Source: a virus
Lineage: Duplodnaviria; Caudoviricetes
IMG/VR virus record: IMGVR_UViG_3300020045_004058
Span: 1-29,145 of that record
DNA length: 29,145 bases
Direction: 5' to 3' (one strand)
The notes under the pieces were generated by a model, which was not told the origin of the DNA, made no database searches, and saw only the letters and a program-made list of their open reading frames with translations. Both the position numbers and the translations under genes were made by a program. Below, in pieces: positions 16,948 through 24,650 of the stretch. Position 1 is the stretch's first letter; each line of letters begins with the position of its first letter.

Positions 16948-17303
16948 TTCAGTATGTTTTTAATTCCAATTATTATTTTAAATATTGTCAACAAAAAAGC
17001 AAAAATAATGATCAAGTATAAAAATGTTGTAGGATCAAAGCTTATAGTTTTTGCAACGTTATCTGCTAAATAGTCAGAAAAAGGGATAAATAACACGATT
17101 GCACAGAATCCAATTAAGGCAATCCAATACTTTAGCGATATTTCAATTTTATGATCGTTTATTATTTCAGGCAAATAACTATTATTTTCAGCTTTTTCTA
17201 ATGTATAAAAATAAGATCCTGAAATGTTTTTATCTTCATATGCTGATCCATTCCATTCTGCAAATGAATTAAATTTTTTGCTATAAAGTCTTTTTGGTTT
17301 CAT
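16944..17303 (-). CDS. Membrane protein (two C-terminal TM)
   Basis: 119 aa with two hydrophobic stretches. Confidence 0.7.
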   Translation of the reverse strand: MKPKRLYSKKFNSFAEWNGSAYEDKNISGSYFYTLEKAENNSYLPEIINDHKIEISLKYWIALIGFCAIVLFIPFSDYLADNVAKTISFDPTTFLYLIIIFAFLLTIFKIIIGIKNILK

Positions 17304-17304
17304 G

Positions 17305-17433
17305 TTAGTATTTATTATTTTTGTTGTTTAACATTAACTTCTTTTGGTTCTCTCTATTCTTTTTTGATTCCTGATCATTAAGATCAATTTTATGCCACTC
17401 AGGTTTAGGTTGATTAGTAATAAATATTGGCAT
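17305..17433 (-). CDS. Small hypothetical protein (42 aa)
   Basis: MPIFITNQPKPEWHKIDL...; fills the gap with 1-nt spacers. Confidence 0.55.
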   Translation of the reverse strand: MPIFITNQPKPEWHKIDLNDQESKKNRENQKKLMLNNKNNKY

Positions 17434-17434
17434 T

Positions 17435-17650
17435 TTATTTTTTCGCTTTTTCATTGAGTTTAGAATTTATCAGGTTAATAATTCGTTCGTAAGTATCAGT
17501 TGTCATTTGTCCTTTTCCGGTCTTATAACGGCTGATTGTATTTGTAGAGATGTTTAGTTGCTTTGCGATACCTGATTGAGTTAAGCCGATGATTCTAGCC
17601 TGTTCTAGCTTCTCAATAAAGAGGGTTAATAGTGATAGTTTTTCATTCAT
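17435..17650 (-). CDS. XRE-family HTH regulator
   Basis: LTQSGIAKQLNISTNTISRYKTG. Confidence 0.88.
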   Translation of the reverse strand: MNEKLSLLTLFIEKLEQARIIGLTQSGIAKQLNISTNTISRYKTGKGQMTTDTYERIINLINSKLNEKAKK

Positions 17651-17689
17651 GTGTTATAAAGTTAGGGTAATTTATACTTAAATTTGTCA

Positions 17690-17721
17690 CAAAGTTAGGG
17701 TTGTTTAGTAAGCATTTCAAA
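17690..17721 (-). promoter_or_regulatory. Promoter TTTG-N20-TAACTTTG for the HTH gene
   Basis: -33 at 17721-17718, -7 at 17697-17690. Confidence 0.7.
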
Positions 17722-17892
17722 AGGATAATAATAGATTCCAACACAGCACGATACATTTGTAACTTCATCAATGCTTCTTAACCCATCAAAATACATTCCT
17801 TTTAATAGTTCAAACCCAGCATAAGCATTACCGACTTTAAGATTCTTTTTCAATCTAACTGAATCTCCATTGTTAAATTTAGTTTGTTTCAT
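17695..17892 (-). CDS. Small SH3-like hypothetical protein
   Basis: KFNNGDSVRLKKNL ... YPFEML. Confidence 0.65.
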   Translation of the reverse strand: MKQTKFNNGDSVRLKKNLKVGNAYAGFELLKGMYFDGLRSIDEVTNVSCCVGIYYYPFEMLTKQP

Positions 17893-17934
17893 TTTATTTC
17901 CCCGTAGCCAGATAGGACAGCTTTAAATGGTTAG

Positions 17935-18135
17935 TTAAAATTGTAATCTGTAAGCAGTTCTTGCATCTAATAAATCAACTAATTGTTTGTCTAAAATTTC
18001 ATATCTTTCTTCCATCTCTTTTGTCCAATTTGAAACTTCATTCATTTCGTCACGTTCGCAGTTAATTTTATTAATGAACATTTCTAAAGTTTCATTAACT
18101 CTAACACCTCCGTAAATTTCAATTGCTGATTCCAT
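17935..18135 (-). CDS. Hypothetical protein, first gene of the left arm
   Basis: 66 aa, follows the promoter at 18167-18199. Confidence 0.7.
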   Translation of the reverse strand: MESAIEIYGGVRVNETLEMFINKINCERDEMNEVSNWTKEMEERYEILDKQLVDLLDARTAYRLQF

Positions 18136-18166
18136 TTTGTTTTGTTTTAGTGATTAATTTATACAC

Positions 18167-18274
18167 CAAAGATAACTATATTTAGTAATACAATCCAAAT
18201 ATTTAGCTGACTAAATTTTGTGTTATACAACATACTCAATTGTTTTGACGGTGTGACTATATATAGTACCTTTG
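18167..18274. promoter_or_regulatory. Divergent promoter pair with central palindrome TGTTATACAACA (18221-18232)
   Basis: Left: TTTG 18199-18196, TATCTTTG 18174-18167; right: TTTG 18244-18247, TACCTTTG 18267-18274. Confidence 0.8.
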
Positions 18275-18373
18275 GGACATACAAAAACACTAAAAACTAT
18301 TCATTATGAAACGTATTTATCCAGAGAATTTCCCAAAACAAACAGAATGCAGACTTGACCGAAATATGATGGC

Positions 18374-18574
18374 ATGGGTCACGAAGAATATCTATTAGTT
18401 GATTTTAGAGATGAAACCGTAATATTTAGAGCCACATATCCAGAACGAACATTAATAGGAGTATATAAACAATGTCAATTTCATATTCAGTGTGGATGGG
18501 ATATTGATACATGGGTTCCTGCTTATTGCGGACGTGTTGAGTTTAAACGATTTGATAATTTAAGGTATAAATAA
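18374..18574 (+). CDS. Hypothetical protein (possibly frameshifted from the ATG at 18306)
   Basis: 66-aa ORF; the better start context is upstream and out of frame. Confidence 0.55.
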   Translation: MGHEEYLLVDFRDETVIFRATYPERTLIGVYKQCQFHIQCGWDIDTWVPAYCGRVEFKRFDNLRYK

Positions 18575-18576
18575 AT

Positions 18577-18640
18577 TAAAAGCCGGATAGCCTAAGTAAC
18601 TATCCGGTAAACTAAACTAAACCTATGAAACAAAAAGAAG
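18577..18640 (-). ncRNA. Candidate sRNA antisense to translation-start regions
   Basis: -7 TATATTTG at 18653-18646; CCGGATAG/CTATCCGG stem at 18583-18607 followed by a U-run on the minus strand. Confidence 0.5.
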
Positions 18641-18713
18641 TGAAACAAATATAGTGTTTTGCTTTGAAATAATACGATAATTGAGTATATTTATAATCAC
18701 TAAAAATAAAACT

Positions 18714-18980
18714 ATGAAATCATCAATTGAGTATGTTCCTCCTGTTTATGACAATCCAATTTCAGGGAAAGACCTTCAAAGAATTAGAAACGCAATCAGG
18801 CAAGCGCAGTTAGATGCTATTGATGAAATGGCAAAAGAATCATGTCTGGGTGCCAGATTGAAAATAGAGAATAAAGAAAGCAGCGTTGGTGGTGACGTTT
18901 TCAGGTGTGATGATACTTGCGTAACAATTGATTATATTTCAATATTAGATGTTGCAAAAGAACTAAAATCTAAAATATGA
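18714..18980 (+). CDS. Hypothetical protein
   Basis: Start MKSSIE at 18714 after promoter TTTG(18663)-N19-TATATTTA(18686). Confidence 0.7.
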   Translation: MKSSIEYVPPVYDNPISGKDLQRIRNAIRQAQLDAIDEMAKESCLGARLKIENKESSVGGDVFRCDDTCVTIDYISILDVAKELKSKI

Positions 18981-19132
18981 ACCAACTATCTAAACTAACA
19001 ACTAAGTTCAGCGAAGAAATAAAACGTTACGGAATAACAGAAGTAACGGTAATAAGCGGAACAGTTGAAATCCGGTCTTTAGAGCGTATTCCGTGGGAGT
19101 TATTTGAATCAATTAAATGTGAGCTATTGTAG
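18977..19132 (+). CDS. Hypothetical protein (51 aa)
   Basis: MNQLSKLTTKFSEEIKRYG...; ATGA-coupled. Confidence 0.6.
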   Translation: MNQLSKLTTKFSEEIKRYGITEVTVISGTVEIRSLERIPWELFESIKCELL

Positions 19133-19138
19133 TTACGT

Positions 19139-19245
19139 ACATTACGCACATTAATACGCCCGACAAAATACATCTAATTATCAATCACTTACAAGATTTA
19201 AAAAACATTAACGTTACATTACACATACATTAATAGCAAACATTA
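19139..19245 (+). repeat. ACATTA direct-repeat cluster around an IHF-like site
   Basis: ACATTA at 19139, 19148, 19205, 19216, 19227, 19240; TATCAATCACTTA at 19179-19191. Confidence 0.7.
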
Positions 19246-19251
19246 ATTGAC

Positions 19252-19455
19252 ATGAATACTGAAACGCATCAAACTACATTAAATAAAGTATTCAATCATG
19301 ATCATTTCTGGATAGAGAATGAAATACTTTATGAAACTTACTCAACAATCAGAGGGTTAAGATACTTAGAACTATTTATTGTTAAAGGTATGCCAGATTG
19401 TAAAAGATGCACTGAGGCAATGATTAACTACATTGAGAAAGAATACATGAATTAA
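19252..19455 (+). CDS. Hypothetical protein
   Basis: 67-aa ORF. Confidence 0.65.
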   Translation: MNTETHQTTLNKVFNHDHFWIENEILYETYSTIRGLRYLELFIVKGMPDCKRCTEAMINYIEKEYMN

Positions 19456-19467
19456 AAACTAAATAAT

Positions 19468-19686
19468 ATGAAATCAACAATTAGAAGCATTTTAATATTT
19501 ATCTGTTCAGTCTATTTAGGCTATTTATTTGGCTCATATATCACTTATCAGAACGAATTAAGTCAATTAACTAAAGACAAGTTAAGACTTGAAATTCAGC
19601 TATTAAAAGTACAAATTGAAATCAACAAAACTAAACTCCCGAAAAGAACAATAGTTTACGGAAAATTATTGAACAGAACGAAATAA
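19468..19686 (+). CDS. Small membrane-anchored protein
   Basis: N-terminal TM plus coiled-coil. Confidence 0.65.
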   Translation: MKSTIRSILIFICSVYLGYLFGSYITYQNELSQLTKDKLRLEIQLLKVQIEINKTKLPKRTIVYGKLLNRTK

Positions 19687-19705
19687 ACCTACAAAAAGAA
19701 TACTA

Positions 19706-20098
19706 ATGAAAGCAAATGAATTAAGAATCGGGAATTTTATCAATTATGAGCAAACAACTCATGTTATACTTACTGTTTCCACAACGGAAGCGGATGAATA
19801 TGCTTACTCAAGGTGGATTGAAGAAAAAGGAGCAGAATTTTACTTTCATACGCTTGATATTATTAACCCTATCCATCTAACCGAAGAATGGCTGATTAAG
19901 TTTGGGTTTGAAAAAGTAGGTTCAAACTATCAAAAAGCATGGTTATTGCTTCATGGAAATATTAAAACAGGAACAATGGATTTTCTTTTGAATGAACCAA
20001 TTACAGGCAAATATAAGGCTACTGTATTACAATACGTACACCAACTTCAAAACATATATTTCTGTTTAACCGGAGAAGAACTAACAATCAACCCATGA
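19706..20098 (+). CDS. Phage hypothetical protein (ELRIGN-type), paralog of 2575-2985
   Basis: ELRIGNFI, LTEEWLIKFGF, HQLQNIYFCLTGEEL. Confidence 0.8.
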   Translation: MKANELRIGNFINYEQTTHVILTVSTTEADEYAYSRWIEEKGAEFYFHTLDIINPIHLTEEWLIKFGFEKVGSNYQKAWLLLHGNIKTGTMDFLLNEPITGKYKATVLQYVHQLQNIYFCLTGEELTINP

Positions 20099-20319
20099 AA
20101 GCAAAAAGAGTAGAATGTGATAAGTGTGTAAATTTTATTAAACCAGCTTATGAGGAATATGGATTTATAAGTCCTATGATTTCAAAGGCTAAATGCAAAT
20201 TAGGAAAGCGAGTAATGTTCAGAATGCCTATATTTGCGAATCAGGCAAGTTATACACCAATTTATGACGGTGGCTATATCCGATACTGTAACGATTTTAA
20301 ACCTATTGAAAATGAATAA
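20095..20319 (+). CDS. Small Cys-rich protein
   Basis: CDKC ... C ... C, possible Zn binding. Confidence 0.65.
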   Translation: MKAKRVECDKCVNFIKPAYEEYGFISPMISKAKCKLGKRVMFRMPIFANQASYTPIYDGGYIRYCNDFKPIENE

Positions 20320-20500
20320 ACAACAACTAATACAAAAGATTCAGGATGAAGTAAAAACCTCACTTGAAAGCAATATATCAGAAAATTTAGATAACTTTGA
20401 AATATATTCAAGTGAGCAAGGTGAAATGAAGATCAGTTGCAATGAGAAAGCAACTAACTTTCAGAATACTTGTGAGTTTGTTTTTAATTGGTATAACTAA
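20312..20500 (+). CDS. Hypothetical protein
   Basis: Likely start MNKQQLIQ at 20312. Confidence 0.6.
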   Translation: MNKQQLIQKIQDEVKTSLESNISENLDNFEIYSSEQGEMKISCNEKATNFQNTCEFVFNWYN

Positions 20501-20511
20501 TATTTAACATC

Positions 20512-20634
20512 ATGCCAGTTCAAAAAGTTAAAGGAGGTTATCGCTTCGGAAAGTCAGGAAAGACTTATCCAACTAAAAAAGAAGCTGAAAAGCAAGCTAA
20601 GGCAATATATGCAAGCGGTTACAAAAAGAAATAA
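20512..20634 (+). CDS. Small highly basic phage protein (40 aa)
   Basis: MPVQKVKGGYRFGKSGKTYPTKKEAEKQAKAIYASGYKKK; not in the ORF track. Confidence 0.75.
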   Translation: MPVQKVKGGYRFGKSGKTYPTKKEAEKQAKAIYASGYKKK

Positions 20635-20635
20635 T

Positions 20636-20899
20636 ATGAAAATAGAATATATAAAAGCAAACGGAGTTTATTACTATCCTGTACCAAAAGGAACGATAGA
20701 TAAACGAAGTTCAATTGATAATATTTGTTTAAATGTATGTTTTATCAAGAAATTATTTTTTGGTAGATTTCAAATTGATTTATATGATACGCAAACAGAG
20801 ATTGAAAGAAAAGGAAGTTGTCCTATGTTTGGAAATCAAATTCCAAATGTTAGGATTATATTATATCCATCAGTAATAGAGGAAATTAAATATAGTTAA
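20636..20899 (+). CDS. Hypothetical protein
   Basis: Likely start MKIEYIKANG at 20636. Confidence 0.6.
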   Translation: MKIEYIKANGVYYYPVPKGTIDKRSSIDNICLNVCFIKKLFFGRFQIDLYDTQTEIERKGSCPMFGNQIPNVRIILYPSVIEEIKYS

Positions 20900-20900
20900 A

Positions 20901-21491
20901 ATGGCAGAAGATAAGCAATATACATTAGCTGAATTAAAGGACAAACTAACTGAAAAACAGCGTATTTTTTGCCATGAATATATAATTGATTGGAACGCTA
21001 CCAGATCAGCTAAAATAGCCGGATATAGTGATTCTTCTGCTTATCAGATAGGTTCAGAAAACTTGACAAAACTTGAAATTCAACAATACATTGCTTTTAT
21101 TCGTAATAATTACGAAGAAGAAGCCGGAATATCAAAGCTTCGTAACCTTAAAGAATTAGCTAAAATTGCTTTTACGTCCATTGCACATCTGCATAATACT
21201 TGGATAGAACGTAAAGACTTTGAAGAGCTTACAGAAGATCAAAAGGCTGCAATTGAAAGCATAGATACTAAGACTGTAACCGTTAATTTTGATGATCAGA
21301 CAAAAGAGATTGAATACATTAAGATCAAACTATTCAGCAAAACAGACGCAATTAAGACCATTAATGAAATGATGGGATATAAGTCAGCTGATAAGATTGA
21401 GCATTCAGGAACGATTAAAACCGTTGATTTATCGCAATTATCTACCGAAGAACTTATATTGAGAGCGAACGCAAGTAATAAATTGAAATAA
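20901..21491 (+). CDS. terS: Terminase small subunit
   Basis: LTEKQRIFCHEYIIDWNATRSAKIAGYS...GSENL; ELAKIAF; KIKLFSK. Confidence 0.93.
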   Translation: MAEDKQYTLAELKDKLTEKQRIFCHEYIIDWNATRSAKIAGYSDSSAYQIGSENLTKLEIQQYIAFIRNNYEEEAGISKLRNLKELAKIAFTSIAHLHNTWIERKDFEELTEDQKAAIESIDTKTVTVNFDDQTKEIEYIKIKLFSKTDAIKTINEMMGYKSADKIEHSGTIKTVDLSQLSTEELILRANASNKLK

Positions 21492-21562
21492 AAATAGGCT
21501 TTTTACTTACAATAATGCCGACACTTTGCAGGGCAAAAAACGAAATTAAAACTAAATACACT

Positions 21563-21661
21563 ATGAAAGCAAAATTAATACCTAAATCATCAATAAAGAA
21601 ATTAAAAACACCTTCGCCAATTAGCATTGATGAAGATTTTTTGATGTATATTAGAAAGTAA
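21563..21661 (+). CDS. Small hypothetical protein (32 aa)
   Basis: Good A-rich start context; TAATG coupling to the next ORF. Confidence 0.5.
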   Translation: MKAKLIPKSSIKKLKTPSPISIDEDFLMYIRK

Positions 21662-21864
21662 TGACTAAAACAGAAAATTACATATTTATAAAATACAATA
21701 AGTCTAAATGGCCTTATATCGGAGTAAATGAATTAATCTACGATCTTCGGAACGAATTAACCAAAGATTAGGTCAAGGATGAAATAAGAGAGTTAAGAAA
21801 GTCTGGTAAAATTGATCTGGTGGCTGGGTTAAATGGTTGGTTAATTAAAATAATTGAAACATGA
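21661..21864 (+). pseudogene. 67-codon ORF interrupted by one in-frame TAG (winged-helix-like)
   Basis: ...RNELTKD*VKDEIRELRKSGKI...; TAG at 21769-21771; coupled at both ends. Confidence 0.6.
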
Positions 21865-22067
21865 ATTTTTATAGCAAATCGTATATTTCAATAGGTGGGT
21901 ATAAATGTCGAATGTGGTATCACTTTTCGATTAATTTTATAATTGATAAAACAATGTACGATAAGTTTTATGGGTATAACGATTGGTATTATGATGGCAC
22001 ATTTTATCATTTTAATTTATATCCTATTCGCATTGATTGGTGGAAACGACCTGAAATAATTAAATGA
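21861..22067 (+). CDS. Aromatic-rich hypothetical protein
   Basis: 68 aa, ATGA-coupled. Confidence 0.6.
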   Translation: MNFYSKSYISIGGYKCRMWYHFSINFIIDKTMYDKFYGYNDWYYDGTFYHFNLYPIRIDWWKRPEIIK

Positions 22068-22100
22068 CTTCTCACGAATTTGAAATCTATATAGAACTTT

Positions 22101-23483
22101 GTGGCTAATCACATAACAGATATATACATTGAACTTTTTAAACGTGGTGAATTTTCATTCATTACAGATCACGACGGCAAAACATTCACAAAGCAAAAAG
22201 ATGCTTTTATAGGACTTACCGATAGGATTACTACTGAGTTAATGTTCGGAGGCGGAGCCGGGGGAAGCAAGTCATATACTGGTTGGATGTGGGTTACAAT
22301 GATGAGTCTATGCTATCCTGAAACACACTACTTTGTTGGAAGAAATACCTTAAAAGATATTATGCTTTATGGTATGCAAACTTTCACAGAGATTAAAAAC
22401 TTCCTTCACTTAGAAAAAGATTTAGACTATAAAATAAACGGTCAATACAATTATATTGAGTTTAAGAATAAGTCTAAAATTTATATGCTTGAATGCAAGC
22501 GCAAACCTTCCGATACTGATTTTCATGGTTTAGGTTCTTCATTGTTTACGTCAGGATTTATAGAAGAAGCCGGAGAAGTTCACTATGATGCTTATGATAC
22601 CCTTTGCAGTCGTGTTGGTCGATGGAATAACGATAAATACGGAATATTAGGTAAAATATTCATAACCTGTAATCCGGCTAAAAATTGGCTTTATACGTTC
22701 TTTTATCGCAAAAGCATAGATAAGACATTACCAGAAAATCAGGGTTATATTCCGGCACTTGCAAAAGATAATCCTTATTGTCCGGCTGAATATGTAGATC
22801 GGTTAAGTCGATTGGGTGACAAAAATAAAAGAGAAAGACTTTATTTAGGTAATTGGGATTATGACGATGATCCATCTGCTTTATGCGGTTGGGATGCAAT
22901 CTGCGACATATTCACAAATGATCATGTAATAGGAGGACAAAAGTATATTTCTGCTGACTTAGCGATGCAAGGGAGAGATAAATTCATTGCAGGGTATTGG
23001 GAAGGAAATAGATGTACTGTTTCAATTGATAAAGGCAAATCAACAGGCAAATCAATTGAATTAGACCTAAAAGAATTAAAAGACAGTAAAGGTGTAGGCA
23101 ATAGTAATATTGTGGCAGATAGTGACGGATTGGGGGCATATCTGGAAAGTTACATCAACAACATTAAAACTTTTCACGGAAACACAACACCAAAGAATAA
23201 AAAAGAGTTCAACAATCTTAAATCTGAATGTGCTTTTAAATTAGCTGAGTTGATCAATAATCGAGAGATAAAGATCATTTGTTCACAATTTCAGCAAGAG
23301 GAAATTAAAAAAGAAATATCAGCCTGTTTAAAGAGGGATAACCTAGACAATGACGAGCAAAAAAAGAAGTTGATCAGTAAGGATAAAATGAAAGAAAGTT
23401 TAGGACATTCGCCTGACTACTTGGATATGTTGTTAATGAAAATGATTTTTGAGGTTAAAAAAGATTTTGTTGCAATGTGGTAA
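22101..23483 (+). CDS. terL: Terminase large subunit
   Basis: Walker A GGGAGGSKS, Walker B FIEEAGE, TCNP, nuclease SADLA ... SPDYLD. Confidence 0.95.
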   Translation: MANHITDIYIELFKRGEFSFITDHDGKTFTKQKDAFIGLTDRITTELMFGGGAGGSKSYTGWMWVTMMSLCYPETHYFVGRNTLKDIMLYGMQTFTEIKNFLHLEKDLDYKINGQYNYIEFKNKSKIYMLECKRKPSDTDFHGLGSSLFTSGFIEEAGEVHYDAYDTLCSRVGRWNNDKYGILGKIFITCNPAKNWLYTFFYRKSIDKTLPENQGYIPALAKDNPYCPAEYVDRLSRLGDKNKRERLYLGNWDYDDDPSALCGWDAICDIFTNDHVIGGQKYISADLAMQGRDKFIAGYWEGNRCTVSIDKGKSTGKSIELDLKELKDSKGVGNSNIVADSDGLGAYLESYINNIKTFHGNTTPKNKKEFNNLKSECAFKLAELINNREIKIICSQFQQEEIKKEISACLKRDNLDNDEQKKKLISKDKMKESLGHSPDYLDMLLMKMIFEVKKDFVAMW

Positions 23484-23492
23484 AAATATTTA

Positions 23493-23512
23493 TATATTTG
23501 TGTTGTATAACA
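23493..23512 (+). promoter_or_regulatory. -7 box TATATTTG directly followed by palindrome TGTTGTATAACA
   Basis: 23493-23500 and 23501-23512. Confidence 0.65.
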
Positions 23513-23527
23513 TTAAATCTTAATACA

Positions 23528-23833
23528 ATGGCAAAAATATCAGGATCAATTGTATTGTCAACTATTCGGTCTTTTGGTCGAACTATCAATACAAAAAAAA
23601 CATTTTCAATTCAACTATTAAGTTCTAATCTAAGCGCTGACACTACTTGTAGGCTTCAATTTTCGTTAGATAAGACTAATTGGTGTAATGCACAAGAGTC
23701 AGGTGCAGATGTAACGTTTATATTAGCGAATAATACTGTTTTGATCAAATCATTTGAATCTGATCCCGAATTGTTTTGGAGAATATTATTTGATGGTGTA
23801 ACAACAGGAACAGTTAATTATATAATAAATTAA
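23528..23833 (+). CDS. Putative virion accessory beta-sandwich protein
   Basis: Start MAKISG; LQFSLDKTNW and FWRILF resemble LKGSVDGTSY and YYKVVT of 28417-28836. Confidence 0.65.
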   Translation: MAKISGSIVLSTIRSFGRTINTKKTFSIQLLSSNLSADTTCRLQFSLDKTNWCNAQESGADVTFILANNTVLIKSFESDPELFWRILFDGVTTGTVNYIIN

Positions 23834-23834
23834 C

Positions 23835-24065
23835 ATGATTATTACTTTAATTAATACAAGTATTAAAACGGTTCAACTAGGGACAAATTCGAGTCCTTCG
23901 CCACCAATTCCAGAGGGTGCAATAGTTACTGCCGATGGCGACTATATAAAAACGTCCGATGGTAATTATATCCTAGCAGGTGTTAGTCAAGTACCTTTAA
24001 ATGCACTTATAACAGGCGATGGAGACTACATTAAAACATCAAATAATGAATACATAACCATTTAA
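23835..24065 (+). CDS. Small protein with a tandem 18-aa repeat
   Basis: AIVTADGDYIKTSDGNYI / ALITGDGDYIKTSNNEYI. Confidence 0.7.
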   Translation: MIITLINTSIKTVQLGTNSSPSPPIPEGAIVTADGDYIKTSDGNYILAGVSQVPLNALITGDGDYIKTSNNEYITI

Positions 24066-24076
24066 AAATAAAAATC

Positions 24077-24595
24077 ATGGCAGATAAATTATTAGTTAAC
24101 CTAGTTACAACAGCAGAACTGGCAACATTGGTTAGTACAAGTGGGTTGGTTGAAGGATTACAGTATAAAAATACTGAAACAGGAGTATTGGTTTTAGCGG
24201 TATCTTCAACTGAATATGTTTTATTAACTAGATCATACAAAGAATACGTTGCTAGAATTAGTCAAGATACTGCATTAGCAAATCCTACGGTGCTAGTATT
24301 TGCAAACACAATAGGAGCAATTTCATGGGTTAGAAATTCGGTGGGTAAATATTACGGAACATTGGATGGTGCTTTCCCTTTTGAAAAAACGTTTATCCCG
24401 TATTTCGGTGGAGTACAGGGTGGAATAACAGCTCCAATATACTCAAACGCCTTGGCAGATCATTATTTTAATTTAAAGATAAATTACGATTCAAATTCAA
24501 TACTTCTTTTTGTATATAATGCGACAACAGACACCGCAGTTGATTTAGCTGACATATATACAGAGGTTCCGATTGAAATTAAGGTATATTACTAG
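24077..24595 (+). CDS. Putative virion accessory protein
   Basis: YKEYVARISQ, NTIGAISWVRNSVGKY, ends PIEIKVY; beta-rich. Confidence 0.7.
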   Translation: MADKLLVNLVTTAELATLVSTSGLVEGLQYKNTETGVLVLAVSSTEYVLLTRSYKEYVARISQDTALANPTVLVFANTIGAISWVRNSVGKYYGTLDGAFPFEKTFIPYFGGVQGGITAPIYSNALADHYFNLKINYDSNSILLFVYNATTDTAVDLADIYTEVPIEIKVYY

Positions 24596-24624
24596 GTTAA
24601 CATTGCGACTATTTGAACTTTTTT

Positions 24625-24650
24625 AAACCGGACTAATTATCCGGTTTTTT
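24625..24650 (+). terminator. Intrinsic terminator
   Basis: AAACCGGA-CTAATTA-TCCGGTTT plus T-run. Confidence 0.85.

Noticed and set aside
17435-18274. Classical CI/Cro lysogeny switch
   Set aside because: No S24-peptidase repressor or integrase in the window, and the HTH gene is not adjacent to the divergent promoters; lifestyle cannot be called
19139-19245. CRISPR array
   Set aside because: Repeats are only 6 bp with 3-7 nt gaps; no repeat-spacer periodicity here or elsewhere
21769-21771. Genome-wide TAG recoding (genetic code 15)
   Set aside because: Long structural and replication genes are intact under code 11, and TAG ends genes at plausible positions (2575, 12482, 19132, 24595)
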